A DNA stretch of 64,000 bases from Nitratireductor sp. Lineage in GTDB: Bacteria; Pseudomonadota; Alphaproteobacteria; Rhizobiales; Rhizobiaceae. Below are positions 28,612 to 37,556 of this stretch, one piece after another. The stretch spans positions 191,064 to 255,063 of the forward strand of contig JAWKWL010000006.1 in assembly GCA_041397525.1 (NCBI GenBank). Reading direction: 5' to 3'. Made by a program: the position numbers and the translations under genes. Each line of letters begins with the position of its first letter. Within the stretch, counting starts at the first letter, position 1. The notes beneath the pieces are model-generated. The model did no database searches. It was not told the DNA's origin and was given only the letters and a program-made list of their open reading frames with translations.

Positions 28612-29397
28612 CTATGAAGTGATACGCAACCATGGCGCGTCACCCGACAGCCAGAGGCCCTCCAGCAGGTCCCTTTCGCGCGGGGTGTCCATGCATTGCC
28701 AGAAGCCATTGTGGCGATAGACCGACAGCGCATGCTGTTCGGCGAGGTAGGATAGCACGCCTTCTTCAAGACTGACGTCATCGTCAATGGACAGATGATC
28801 GAATGCCTGCTTCTCCATCACCATGAAACCGCCATTGATCCAGCCGCCGCTCGATTGCGGTTTCTCATGAAAGTTCGTGATCTTGTTGCCGGAAATATCG
28901 AGTTCTCCAAAGCGTGAAGAAGGGCGAACAGCCGTGATCGTGGCGAGCGTTCCATTCTGGGCGCGATGGTGGGAAAGTGTTTTGGCCACATCCACAGAAG
29001 CCAGACCATCCCCATATGTCAGGAAGAACGTATCTTGCCCAATTCGCTGCAAGACCTGTTTGACACGCTTGGCCGTGAGCGTCCTTGCGCCCGTTTCGCA
29101 AAGGATGATCTCCCAGTCCTCCGGATCATCCTGGCCCGGCAATACCTGGATATCATGGTCTTTGAGACCAATCTGTATGTCGCGATTGTAGCGCCAGTAA
29201 TTCACAAAATAATCACGGATCTGATCGCCAAGATAACCAAGGCAAATCACGAACCGGCGCACACCGAACATGCTGTAATGCTTCATGATATGCCACAGGA
29301 TCGGGCGTTCGGCGAGCCTGACCATGGGCTTTGGTAGCGCCGAAGTATGCTCTTGCATTCTTGTGCCCATTCCGCCAGCCAGAATGACGACACTCAT
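28612..29397 (-). CDS. rfbF: glucose-1-phosphate cytidylyltransferase
   Basis: MSVVILAGGMGTRM...LPKPMV....PILWHIMK.Y...G...F..CLGY.......YF...GGWINGGF.V.....FWQCMDT.R. Confidence 0.85.
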   Translation of the reverse strand: MSVVILAGGMGTRMQEHTSALPKPMVRLAERPILWHIMKHYSMFGVRRFVICLGYLGDQIRDYFVNYWRYNRDIQIGLKDHDIQVLPGQDDPEDWEIILCETGARTLTAKRVKQVLQRIGQDTFFLTYGDGLASVDVAKTLSHHRAQNGTLATITAVRPSSRFGELDISGNKITNFHEKPQSSGGWINGGFMVMEKQAFDHLSIDDDVSLEEGVLSYLAEQHALSVYRHNGFWQCMDTPRERDLLEGLWLSGDAPWLRITS

Positions 29398-29407
29398 TTC
29401 ATTCAAT

Positions 29408-30505
29408 TCAAACTTCGGGCCTGCCATGGTTGTTTGTCCCCATTTTCATAAAGGCTTCCAATTGATGCAAAGACAGGCTCACCAATGCATCTGGCGTTTC
29501 ATTCAGAGCCTTGTACCATTCCACCGTCCATTGGACCGCGCTTTCCAAACCCAGTCGTGGATGCCACCCGAGTTGCGACGAGGCTTTCGAGATGTCGAGC
29601 GAAAGATGCTGGGCTTCGGAACGCGCCGAAGAGCGGTTCTTTTCAATGTTCATGCCGGGTTTGCGCCACCTGCCGAAAAACTCCTCGACCAGTTCCTTCA
29701 CCGGGACATGGCCGTGGTCCGCGGGACCGAAGTTCCAGCCACCCTGCAACTGTTTTTCCCTTTTTTTCGAAAGCCTTTCCGCAAGGGTCATATAGCCCGA
29801 TAACGGGTCCAGAACATGCTGCCAGGGCCGGACCGCATCGGGATTCCTGATTTCGACAGGCTTGTTATTCTCAATTGAACGGTACAAGTCCGGCACAATC
29901 CGGTTGGGCGCGAAATCACCTCCGCCAAAAACATTGCCCGCCCGCACGGTCGAACACATCAATGTTTCCGGTTCCCGAAAAAAAGCCTTGATGTAACTTT
30001 GCGAAACGATTTCTGCTGCAGCTTTTGAAGCGCTATACGGGTCCGCCCCACCCAAAGGCATGTCTTCGGAAAACCGCTTCCCCAGTTCGTTGTTGAGGTA
30101 AACCTTGTCGGAAGTTGCAACGATGATGACACCGGTTTTCAATCTTGCGCTGCGCGCTTCTTCCAGGATGTTCAACGTACCAAGAATATTGGTCTCATGG
30201 GTCTCATGCGGATCATCATAGGAGGCAAGCACAAGCGGCTGCGCAGCCAAATGAAAAACGACGTCGAATTGCTGTGCGGAAACGAAGCGCGAGAGTGCCG
30301 TGCGGTCACGGATGTCCCCGAGATACTCGCCAGCCATCATCCGGCTCAAGCCCAGAAGTTCATAGAAGGAGGGCGTAGTGGGCGCAGGTAACGAATACCC
30401 GTAAACCTCAGCGCCAAGATGCCTTAGCCAGAAGACCAGCCATCCGCCCTTGAAACCTGTGTGCCCGGTTACGAGTACACGCTTGCCTTCCCAAAACCTG
30501 CTCAT
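29408..30505 (-). CDS. rfbG: CDP-glucose 4,6-dehydratase
   Basis: FWEGKRVLVTGHTGFKGGWL.FWL..LGAEV.GYSL...DPYSASKAAAE, extended SDR, about 365 aa. ATG at 30505. Confidence 0.85.
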   Translation of the reverse strand: MSRFWEGKRVLVTGHTGFKGGWLVFWLRHLGAEVYGYSLPAPTTPSFYELLGLSRMMAGEYLGDIRDRTALSRFVSAQQFDVVFHLAAQPLVLASYDDPHETHETNILGTLNILEEARSARLKTGVIIVATSDKVYLNNELGKRFSEDMPLGGADPYSASKAAAEIVSQSYIKAFFREPETLMCSTVRAGNVFGGGDFAPNRIVPDLYRSIENNKPVEIRNPDAVRPWQHVLDPLSGYMTLAERLSKKREKQLQGGWNFGPADHGHVPVKELVEEFFGRWRKPGMNIEKNRSSARSEAQHLSLDISKASSQLGWHPRLGLESAVQWTVEWYKALNETPDALVSLSLHQLEAFMKMGTNNHGRPEV

Positions 30506-30528
30506 TTCGACCTCGTCATTCGAAGCTG

Positions 30529-32169
30529 TCAGGCTTTGATACGTTTCAGATATCCGTCCGGCCAATAAGTGACATGGCGGCGAACAACACCCTCATTGAA
30601 CCGGGGCCTTGGCTCCGAAATGACAAAATCGGAATTCTCTTTCACAAACTCCCGCGCAGCCTCACTGGGATTGCTGGTCAACCAGTCATCGCCGGTTCTG
30701 GGGCCGCCTGCGACCTGCGCCATGATACCGTCTGCCGCCACTGCGTAACTTCCCACAGTTACCAACGGAGCATAAGCCCGCAACTCGGCCAGCACATGAT
30801 CCTTCTTGTGATTGGCGTCGAGAATCAGCATGACGGTGTCGTCATCGCGAACCAATTTGCTCACCGCCTCGACGGTCGATTTCTCAATTGAACTGCCTTC
30901 GACGAGTTCAATGCGGTGGAACATTTCATGCGATTCGATTGCCCTGCGGTTCTGTGCGCGGATATCAATGTCAATTCCGATCACACGCCCTTGTCCCATG
31001 GCCTCGAACAGGCTCGCATAATATATCAGCGAGCCGCCATGGGCGATTCCCGTCTCGATGATGAGGGTCGGCTTCACACTGTAGACAAGCTCAGCAATGC
31101 GCACCATGTCCTCGGGCAACTGGATGATCGGCCGACCCATCCAGGTGAACGAATAAACATGCTTGACATCCCAGCCCAGGCGCAGCCAGCTCTTCGATCC
31201 GATTTCGAACGCCTCTGCACTTTCCATGGGAAACGTAACCGGCGTGGTGACGACCTCGTCGCGATAGGTAAGCTGGTTTCGGGCCTCGTCGATTTCGACA
31301 ATTCCGCGCAGCTTTGGATCAGTCGCGCGATAATAGGCGAGGTATTTCGGAACAAGGTCGTCAATGCCCTGCATGACATCGGATTTTCCGGCCTTGAATT
31401 CGTGATCATACCTATCTGTATCGATTTCGGGAAAGGAGACGACAGGTGCGTCCGGATTTGTGACCAATTCGGCTTTGCAAATCTCGGCCACCTTGCCCGC
31501 CAGTTCGCGGTGGCTGATATTCCGTTTCCCGGCCACGTTGTACAGTCGGTGCCTGCCCTGCAGCGCAATCATTTCGATCGCCGAACACACATCCGAGATG
31601 TTGATGTAGTTCTTTTCCGATTTTTCCGACTGCAGCAAGGTAATGCGGCCCTCGAGCGCAGCCTCCTGAATGAGTGTCGTCAGAAAATTCTGCGAGCCAG
31701 TGTCAAAACCCACGACATTGGACAGCCTTGCGACGCGGACCTTTTCGTCCGGCCAGGCGAGACAACTGCTTTCGCCTGCGAGTTTCGATATGTTGTAGGA
31801 ATCGTCATCCTTAGCGGGATTTGCCGCGATCTGCGCATCTTCGCTTGTGCTGCCGTTGTGATCGTAAATTCGCGTGGAGGAAAGATAGAGCAGGGAGTCG
31901 AACCGGGCTGACTGAAGTGTTTCATTCAATATCGTCACATGGGCTTGCATGGTATCACGCAGGCGACCACGAAAGTCTGCCGTCAGACCGATTGCATAGA
32001 TAACGTGCCCCAAGTCCTGATTGTACGGATGGACTGAGAAATCTGACGATCTTGCACCTGAAAGCCAGGTACGATCAGCGGCAATCACATCATGGCCATT
32101 TTCGCGCAGATGCTTGCAAAGGTTGGATCCGATGAAACCGTTGCATCCCAAAACTGTAAATCGTGACAT
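30529..32169 (-). CDS. fusion protein: N-terminal NAD-dependent sugar epimerase/reductase (SDR) + C-terminal CmcI (cephalosporin hydroxylase)-family methyltransferase
   Basis: N-terminal VLGCNGFIGSNL and YNISK (YxxxK). The C-terminal half reads FTWMGRPIIQLPEDMVRIAELVYSVKPTLIIETGIAHGGSLIYYA...VIGIDIDIR...ILDANHKKDHVLAEL..YAPLV..GSY, typical of the CmcI family. Confidence 0.7.
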   Translation of the reverse strand: MSRFTVLGCNGFIGSNLCKHLRENGHDVIAADRTWLSGARSSDFSVHPYNQDLGHVIYAIGLTADFRGRLRDTMQAHVTILNETLQSARFDSLLYLSSTRIYDHNGSTSEDAQIAANPAKDDDSYNISKLAGESSCLAWPDEKVRVARLSNVVGFDTGSQNFLTTLIQEAALEGRITLLQSEKSEKNYINISDVCSAIEMIALQGRHRLYNVAGKRNISHRELAGKVAEICKAELVTNPDAPVVSFPEIDTDRYDHEFKAGKSDVMQGIDDLVPKYLAYYRATDPKLRGIVEIDEARNQLTYRDEVVTTPVTFPMESAEAFEIGSKSWLRLGWDVKHVYSFTWMGRPIIQLPEDMVRIAELVYSVKPTLIIETGIAHGGSLIYYASLFEAMGQGRVIGIDIDIRAQNRRAIESHEMFHRIELVEGSSIEKSTVEAVSKLVRDDDTVMLILDANHKKDHVLAELRAYAPLVTVGSYAVAADGIMAQVAGGPRTGDDWLTSNPSEAAREFVKENSDFVISEPRPRFNEGVVRRHVTYWPDGYLKRIKA

Positions 32170-32186
32170 AAATTCAATACTTCCAT

Positions 32187-32915
32187 TTACCTGTTTATCA
32201 TTAAGGCCTGACCGGTCGGGAGCGGGAGCAAGGGCAGATCAAATTCTTTCGACAACTGATCGAAAGCCTGTTTCTGCTCCTCATGACCCGTCCACCCGTA
32301 GTCATCCAGCAAGACCACAGCTCCCTTTGACAGTCTTGGCTTGAAATGTCTGAACGCCTCCACCTCGGGATAGACGCAGTTCATGTCTATCGAAAGATAT
32401 GCCACTTCACCGATATCCACCTGCGAAAGGGTGTCGGGCACGGCACCCTTGACCAGATGGATGTGGTCGACACCCTCGAAATTGCTTGCCGCCTTTGCAT
32501 ATACATCCTGTCCGTACTCCGCATGCAGCTTGCGGCTGGCTTCACTATCGGTGAGATACGGTCTGTGGAAGCCTTCAAATGTGTCAAACAGAAAGAATTT
32601 CTTGTTCAGTTTTCGCCATGGCAGATAGGTGACAACCGACTTTGCCAATCCACCCAGATTGACGCCGCATTCGACGAAGTCACCAGGGAGTTCTGCACCG
32701 ATCGACGCCGCCCATAGCGCCACTCGAACCCGCCACTGTATCTGGCTCTCGCCCCAGGAACCTGTTGACACGCCAGCATCATAGGCACGCGCGAAATCGC
32801 TTTCCTTAATGAAATCAGCGTTATGCAGTGTCCACAGCCCGTCCTGTTGGTAGTTGTATTTACGGGCGGCAGACCGCCGCAACAATTTCTTGAGGTTCAT
32901 TTCCATATCTCGCAC
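32187..32915 (-). CDS. TylF/MycF-family (macrocin-type) sugar O-methyltransferase
   Basis: GDFVECGVNLGG....V.YL......KFFLFDTFEGF...V.LVKG..PDTL......YLSIDMNCVYPE......PRLSKGAVVLLDDYG. Confidence 0.75.
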   Translation of the reverse strand: MRDMEMNLKKLLRRSAARKYNYQQDGLWTLHNADFIKESDFARAYDAGVSTGSWGESQIQWRVRVALWAASIGAELPGDFVECGVNLGGLAKSVVTYLPWRKLNKKFFLFDTFEGFHRPYLTDSEASRKLHAEYGQDVYAKAASNFEGVDHIHLVKGAVPDTLSQVDIGEVAYLSIDMNCVYPEVEAFRHFKPRLSKGAVVLLDDYGWTGHEEQKQAFDQLSKEFDLPLLPLPTGQALMINR

Positions 32916-33010
32916 AGGTGCAAGCGCCCTGATTGCACATCTTTCAGCAAACTACAATGAATGGGCTTTTGATACCACCCAAAATGCGATTGGCAGCAAG
33001 GAACCGGAGC

Positions 33011-34012
33011 CTAGCGGGCGCGACGAAACAGTTTGCGGACGACATATATCGGGCTGAGCAGAATGCCGACAGCACAAGCGGCCAGTACAGGGGTCAGTTG
33101 GCGCATCGCGAGCAAGAGTGGTTCGAACACCGCGTCGGCGGGATGGCGCGACATGCTGGCCCGCAGATATCCACGGATGATCCCCAATCGCATTTTCAGA
33201 ATCGGATAGTTGCGGGCGGTCAATTCCGCGTAGTGCTGGGTGAAAAACATTTCTCGACAAATCCACTGGGCAAAATGCGCATTTCCCCGGTATCGTTGCT
33301 CGCTGTAATGATCGTTGTTCTCGATACTGATCTTCAAGGGTTCGGCGATATATCCGAATTTGGGTTTCACCATCAGCAGTTCCAAACCCAAATGATGCTC
33401 ACTTGCATGATTGAAGTAAATATCCGAAATCATCCGGTTTTCCAGCAAACTTGAATGCAGCAAGCTGTGATAGACAAGCCCAACGCCTGAAAAAGAACTG
33501 AATGCCGATATTACAAGCGAAGTGCTGTCGAGGGTCTGATCGGCTTTGTCATAGTGTTTTGATTCAACCAGTTTGTCGCGCTCTGGTGTTTCCTTTCCTG
33601 ATTTCAAGTCAAGGGTCTTGGTACCACAGGAAACTGCACATATCCCGGGGTTGGTCTCGAGGGCTTCCACCATTTTCGAGATCGCCGAGGGCGCCAGCGC
33701 ATAATCGGAGGTAAGCACAAAATGGTATTTACCCTTTCTGGGCGCGAATGCGCGTCGATGGTTCAAAATGAGGATGTCCGAAACGCCGGGATCATTCCTG
33801 TTGTATGAGAACCTGGGATCCCCGATTTCCATCACCAGTTTCTCTATGTCTCCCGTGCCCGAATTGTCGAATACCGAAACCTCGATATTTGCATAGGTTT
33901 GATCCCGCAAGGATTCCAGGCAGATTTTGGCCAATTCAGCGCGTTCATAGGTGGGAACTGAAATTGATACCAAGGCGTTCATGGGAACCACATCCATTCT
34001 CTTGTGTGCCAT
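33011..34012 (-). CDS. family 2 glycosyltransferase with C-terminal TM segment
   Basis: VSISVPTYERAELAKICLESLRDQTYANIEVSVFDNSG (GT2 N-terminal motif). C-terminal hydrophobic LTPVLAACAVGILLSPIYVV. Start ambiguous (34012/33997/33982). Confidence 0.75.
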   Translation of the reverse strand: MAHKRMDVVPMNALVSISVPTYERAELAKICLESLRDQTYANIEVSVFDNSGTGDIEKLVMEIGDPRFSYNRNDPGVSDILILNHRRAFAPRKGKYHFVLTSDYALAPSAISKMVEALETNPGICAVSCGTKTLDLKSGKETPERDKLVESKHYDKADQTLDSTSLVISAFSSFSGVGLVYHSLLHSSLLENRMISDIYFNHASEHHLGLELLMVKPKFGYIAEPLKISIENNDHYSEQRYRGNAHFAQWICREMFFTQHYAELTARNYPILKMRLGIIRGYLRASMSRHPADAVFEPLLLAMRQLTPVLAACAVGILLSPIYVVRKLFRRAR

Positions 34013-34076
34013 GCCGGAACGAAACTTGAACGGCTGGAAGGTTGGTCAATCCTGATGTCGCCTGCCAAGCAGCAAT

Positions 34077-34568
34077 TCAGGTTCGTTTTCCGATGACTTT
34101 AAGTGGGTTGCCTGCATAGATGCAACCAGCCTTCAAACGTCCGCGCACCACTGAACCGGCAGCGATCACGCAGCAGGTTTCCACATAGGCGCCATCCAGC
34201 AATACGCAATTTGCACCGATCCAGACATCATCCTCAATGACAATACCACCGCGCGAAGCCTGAAACCCCTGCAAGCGGATTGGAACATCGATCTGCCGAA
34301 ACGCGTGGTTGGTGGGGGCCAAGGTACAGTTTGCGGCGATCAGGACATCCTTGCCGATAGAAATTCCGTTGCCGGTATAGAGGACGCAACCACTGTTGAT
34401 ATAGCTGTTTTCGCCGATCCGGACATCCCCTGAGCCACCGGCAGGCTTGATTTTCACAAAACTGTCCACCCGCGCGCCCGCTGCTATTTCAATCCTGGTT
34501 CCCCGCACGGACGGTTCGATGTCAGCCAGCCTGCTGACAATTGCACCGGGATGGATTTCTACGCTCAT
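34077..34568 (-). CDS. left-handed beta-helix (hexapeptide-repeat) sugar O-acetyltransferase
   Basis: 163 aa with repeated [LIV]G motifs (IGENSYINSGCVLY..NGISIGKDVLIAANCTL, DDVWIGANCVLLDGAYV). Confidence 0.8.
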   Translation of the reverse strand: MSVEIHPGAIVSRLADIEPSVRGTRIEIAAGARVDSFVKIKPAGGSGDVRIGENSYINSGCVLYTGNGISIGKDVLIAANCTLAPTNHAFRQIDVPIRLQGFQASRGGIVIEDDVWIGANCVLLDGAYVETCCVIAAGSVVRGRLKAGCIYAGNPLKVIGKRT

Positions 34569-34781
34569 GGCCTGCGGACCCCCGCTTCAACTCAGGTTGT
34601 GGCCGACTGTTAAGGCATCCGCACGCGGAGGTCCACATTGGCAACATCTGCGCGGGCTGAAAATGCCCTTTTTCACGTTCAGGTAAACGCAGGCGTTTGC
34701 CCCTCGGCAAGATACTGAAACCGGGTCACCGGCTTTGCCTCATCCATGAGTTTGACGGGACTTGCATGGCGCATTCCGGAT

Positions 34782-34858
34782 TGGCGCACCCGACAGGATT
34801 CGAACCTGTGACCTCTGCCTTCGGAGGGCAGCACTCTATCCAGCTGAGCTACGGGTGC
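34782..34858 (-). tRNA. tRNA-Arg (anticodon CCG), CCA encoded
   Basis: Reverse complement is GCACCCGTAGCTCAGCTGGATAGAGTGCTGCCCTCCGAAGGCAGAGGTCACAGGTTCGAATCCTGTCGGGTGCGCCA. It folds as a cloverleaf: acceptor GCACCCG/CGGGTGC, anticodon stem CTGCC/GGCAG with loop CTCCGAA, T arm ACAGG-TTCGAAT-CCTGT. Confidence 0.95.
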
Positions 34859-35005
34859 CAGTCGACAGCGATCCTGCATGATGTGCGAAACGTGTCACGC
34901 TTGCGCCTGTTTAACCGATGGGCGCGCGGCGGGCAACGTCAAATCTTTTCCTGTTGACCGCCTTGCTCCTGGTGCAAATGGCGCTTGCGCAGCTTTCAGC
35001 GCGCG

Positions 35006-36391
35006 TCAGGCCACCAGACCCTGTTTCTTCAACGCAGCCCAACTGTCGTCAAGTGTCTTTCGTGCCTTTTCGACCAGGATGTCCGCTTCCTCATGGCTGA
35101 GAACCAGTGGCGGCGAAAGGATCAGGCTGTCACGCACTGCGCGCATCACCAGACCGTTGGCAAAGGAATTGTCACGCGCCAGAGTGCCGACCGAGCCGAC
35201 ATTTTCGAAGCGCTTGCGCAAATCCTTCTTGTCGGGGATGAGTTCAAGGGCGCCAACAAGGCCTGTCATGCGGGCTTCACCGACCAGTTCGTGATCGGCA
35301 AGCCTGAGCCAGCGTTCCTTGAGATAGGGACCGATGTCGCTGGCGACACGCTCTACCAGTTTCTCGCGGCGGATGATGTTGAGGTTGGCAATTGCAGCCG
35401 CGCAGGCCACCGGATGGCCGGAATAGGTGTAGCCGTGATTGAAATCACCGGCCTTGCCGTGGAAAGCCTTCGCCACCTTGTCCGAAACAGCGACCGCACC
35501 GATCGGCAGATAGCCCGATGACAGGCCCTTTGCCAGGGTCATCAGGTCGGGCTCGGTGCCGTATGTCTCGCAGCCGAACCATTGCCCGGTTCGGCCGAAG
35601 CCGCAGATCACCTCATCTGACACGAACAGGATGTCACGCTCATCGAGGATGCGCTTCACTTCCGGCCAGTAACTGTCGGGCGGGATGATGACACCTCCAG
35701 CGCCCTGTATCGGTTCAGCTATGAAAGCCGCAATCTTGCCTTCACCCAGGCGGTCGATTTCACGAGCCAGCTCCTGCGCTACATGGATGCCGAAGTCATG
35801 CGGGCTCATGTCCATGCCCTCGCCGAACCAATAGGGCTGGGCAATATGCACAATACCGGGGATTGGCAGGCCGGATTGCGCATGCATGCCGGCCATGCCA
35901 CCAAGCGATGCACCGACAACCGTCGAGCCGTGATAGGCGTTCTTGCGGGCGATTATGGTCTTCTTTTCCGGTTTGCCCAGTATGTCCCAATAGGTGCGGA
36001 CCATGCGGAAGATAGTGTCGTTCGAATCGGAGCCGGAACTTCCATAGAAGAACATGTTGAATTGCGGCGGCGTAATTTCCGCAAGCAGTGCAGAAAGTTC
36101 GATTACAGGTTCATTCGTGGTCTTGAAAAAGGTATTGTAATAGGAGAGCTCGCTCATCTGGGCGCGGACCGCCTCAACGATCTCCTGCCTGCCATGCCCG
36201 ACATTCATGCACCACAGGCCGGCCATGCCATCAAGGATCCGATTGCCCTCGCTGTCATGCAGCCAGACGCCATCTGCGCGGACAATGACGCGGCGTTCAT
36301 CGAGTTTCAGGTTGCCGTGATCGGTAAAAGGATGCAGGTGATGGGCAGCGTCGAGTTCACGCAGGCGGGCAGTCGGCAGGTTTGACAGCAT
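35006..36391 (-). CDS. class III (omega) aminotransferase, PLP-dependent
   Basis: 461 aa: GLWCMNVGHGR, FFYGSSGSDSNDT, AAFIAEPIQGAGGVI.PP, FVSDEVICGFGRTG and TYSGHP motifs. Confidence 0.85.
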   Translation of the reverse strand: MLSNLPTARLRELDAAHHLHPFTDHGNLKLDERRVIVRADGVWLHDSEGNRILDGMAGLWCMNVGHGRQEIVEAVRAQMSELSYYNTFFKTTNEPVIELSALLAEITPPQFNMFFYGSSGSDSNDTIFRMVRTYWDILGKPEKKTIIARKNAYHGSTVVGASLGGMAGMHAQSGLPIPGIVHIAQPYWFGEGMDMSPHDFGIHVAQELAREIDRLGEGKIAAFIAEPIQGAGGVIIPPDSYWPEVKRILDERDILFVSDEVICGFGRTGQWFGCETYGTEPDLMTLAKGLSSGYLPIGAVAVSDKVAKAFHGKAGDFNHGYTYSGHPVACAAAIANLNIIRREKLVERVASDIGPYLKERWLRLADHELVGEARMTGLVGALELIPDKKDLRKRFENVGSVGTLARDNSFANGLVMRAVRDSLILSPPLVLSHEEADILVEKARKTLDDSWAALKKQGLVA

Positions 36392-36478
36392 GATGCGGTT
36401 CCGGTTTGTTTCTTGTCATACCTGACTTAGCCAAGGGCCGGTTTGTTGGCAATGGGGGAAAAATTGCCACGACAGCGT

Positions 36479-36865
36479 TCAGCCGGTGATGGTGACCTTG
36501 TTTGGATAGAAGGCGACAAGGCCGGCAATTTCCAGCATTTCGTCATAGGGAATCTCATATCCCCACAGGGCATTGTCGATCTCATGCTCGCCGATCTCGA
36601 CATTCCAGTAGCTTGCCTCGCCCTTGTAGGGGCAGTGTGTGCCATGTGAAGACCGTCGGATGCGGGCTGGGTTGACGTCTTCCAATGGCATGTAGATCAC
36701 CGAGGGATAGCTGCCCTCGCGCAACAGGATTGCATTCTGACTGCGCGCGATCTCGGTACCCTCGAATGATACGACTACCGTTCCGCCATGGCGTTCGGTG
36801 GTAATCGAGTAGCCCGGATTGCGGGCAAAACCCGGTGAGGGATTGCGGCTCAGGTCACTTTCCAT
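36479..36865 (-). CDS. DUF427 domain protein
   Basis: 128 aa: ...GTEIARSQNAILLREGSYPSVIYMPLEDV....L..S.H.THCPYKGEASYW........NALWGYE.P......IAG.VAFY. Confidence 0.7.
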   Translation of the reverse strand: MESDLSRNPSPGFARNPGYSITTERHGGTVVVSFEGTEIARSQNAILLREGSYPSVIYMPLEDVNPARIRRSSHGTHCPYKGEASYWNVEIGEHEIDNALWGYEIPYDEMLEIAGLVAFYPNKVTITG

Positions 36866-36899
36866 GACATGCTTCCAACCTGTTCAACCATCGCCAGCA

Positions 36900-37556
36900 T
36901 CAGCGGGCGGATTTCCATGCGAACCACAATGCCACAAAGGCCAGCAACAGGGAAAGGGTGCGCCGAGCAAAGCGTTCGCGCACCGGATCAATGAGGAAGG
37001 GTCTGGCATAACCTGCCATCGCAACAATCGCTGCATGGATCGCGGTGGCAATGGCGACATAGACCATGGTCAGCAACAGGACCTGATTGAGGGAAGGCGT
37101 TTGCGGCAGGAAGGTCGGAAGAACGGCCACATAGAACATTGCTGCCTTCGGATTGAGGACATTGGTGATCAAACCCCGGCGGAAATGCATCCAGCCGCGG
37201 TTTGCCCCCTCGCCAGCAACCTCCACCGCCCCGTCTCCGCGCCATCCGTCATAGGCCAGCCAGAGCAGATAGAGGACGCCGGCCCAGCGCATCACCTCCC
37301 ATACCAGCACGGACGACTGCAACAATGCGGCCACGCCGAGCGCTGCCGCAATGCCGATCAGGCCGAGACCCAGCGCCACGCCGGCGACGGACATGAAACC
37401 AAAGCGGCGACCCTCTCCTGCCGCGACTATGGCGAGATAGGTCATGTTCGGGCCCGGCGTCAGTTCGATCAGCGCAGAGGCAATCGCAAAGGCGGCGATT
37501 GCTTCTGCATCAAGGGCTAGCAAATTCAAAAGATCGCACTCCTCAATGCGCCTCAT
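36900..37556 (-). CDS. LysE/RhtB-family amino-acid exporter (start uncertain: 37583, 37556, or TTG at 37529 with a GAGGAG SD)
   Basis: AFAIASALIELTPGPNMTYL and six predicted TM segments. ATG starts overlap the polA 3' end, whereas the TTG at 37529 would not. Confidence 0.75.
   Translation of the reverse strand: MRRIEECDLLNLLALDAEAIAAFAIASALIELTPGPNMTYLAIVAAGEGRRFGFMSVAGVALGLGLIGIAAALGVAALLQSSVLVWEVMRWAGVLYLLWLAYDGWRGDGAVEVAGEGANRGWMHFRRGLITNVLNPKAAMFYVAVLPTFLPQTPSLNQVLLLTMVYVAIATAIHAAIVAMAGYARPFLIDPVRERFARRTLSLLLAFVALWFAWKSAR

Noticed and set aside
34652-34672. GGGC-TGAAAAT-GCCC-TTTTT hairpin between the acetyltransferase gene and the tRNA
   Set aside because: The stem is only 4 bp and it is on the plus strand, where nothing is transcribed towards it. 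This is too weak to call a terminator.
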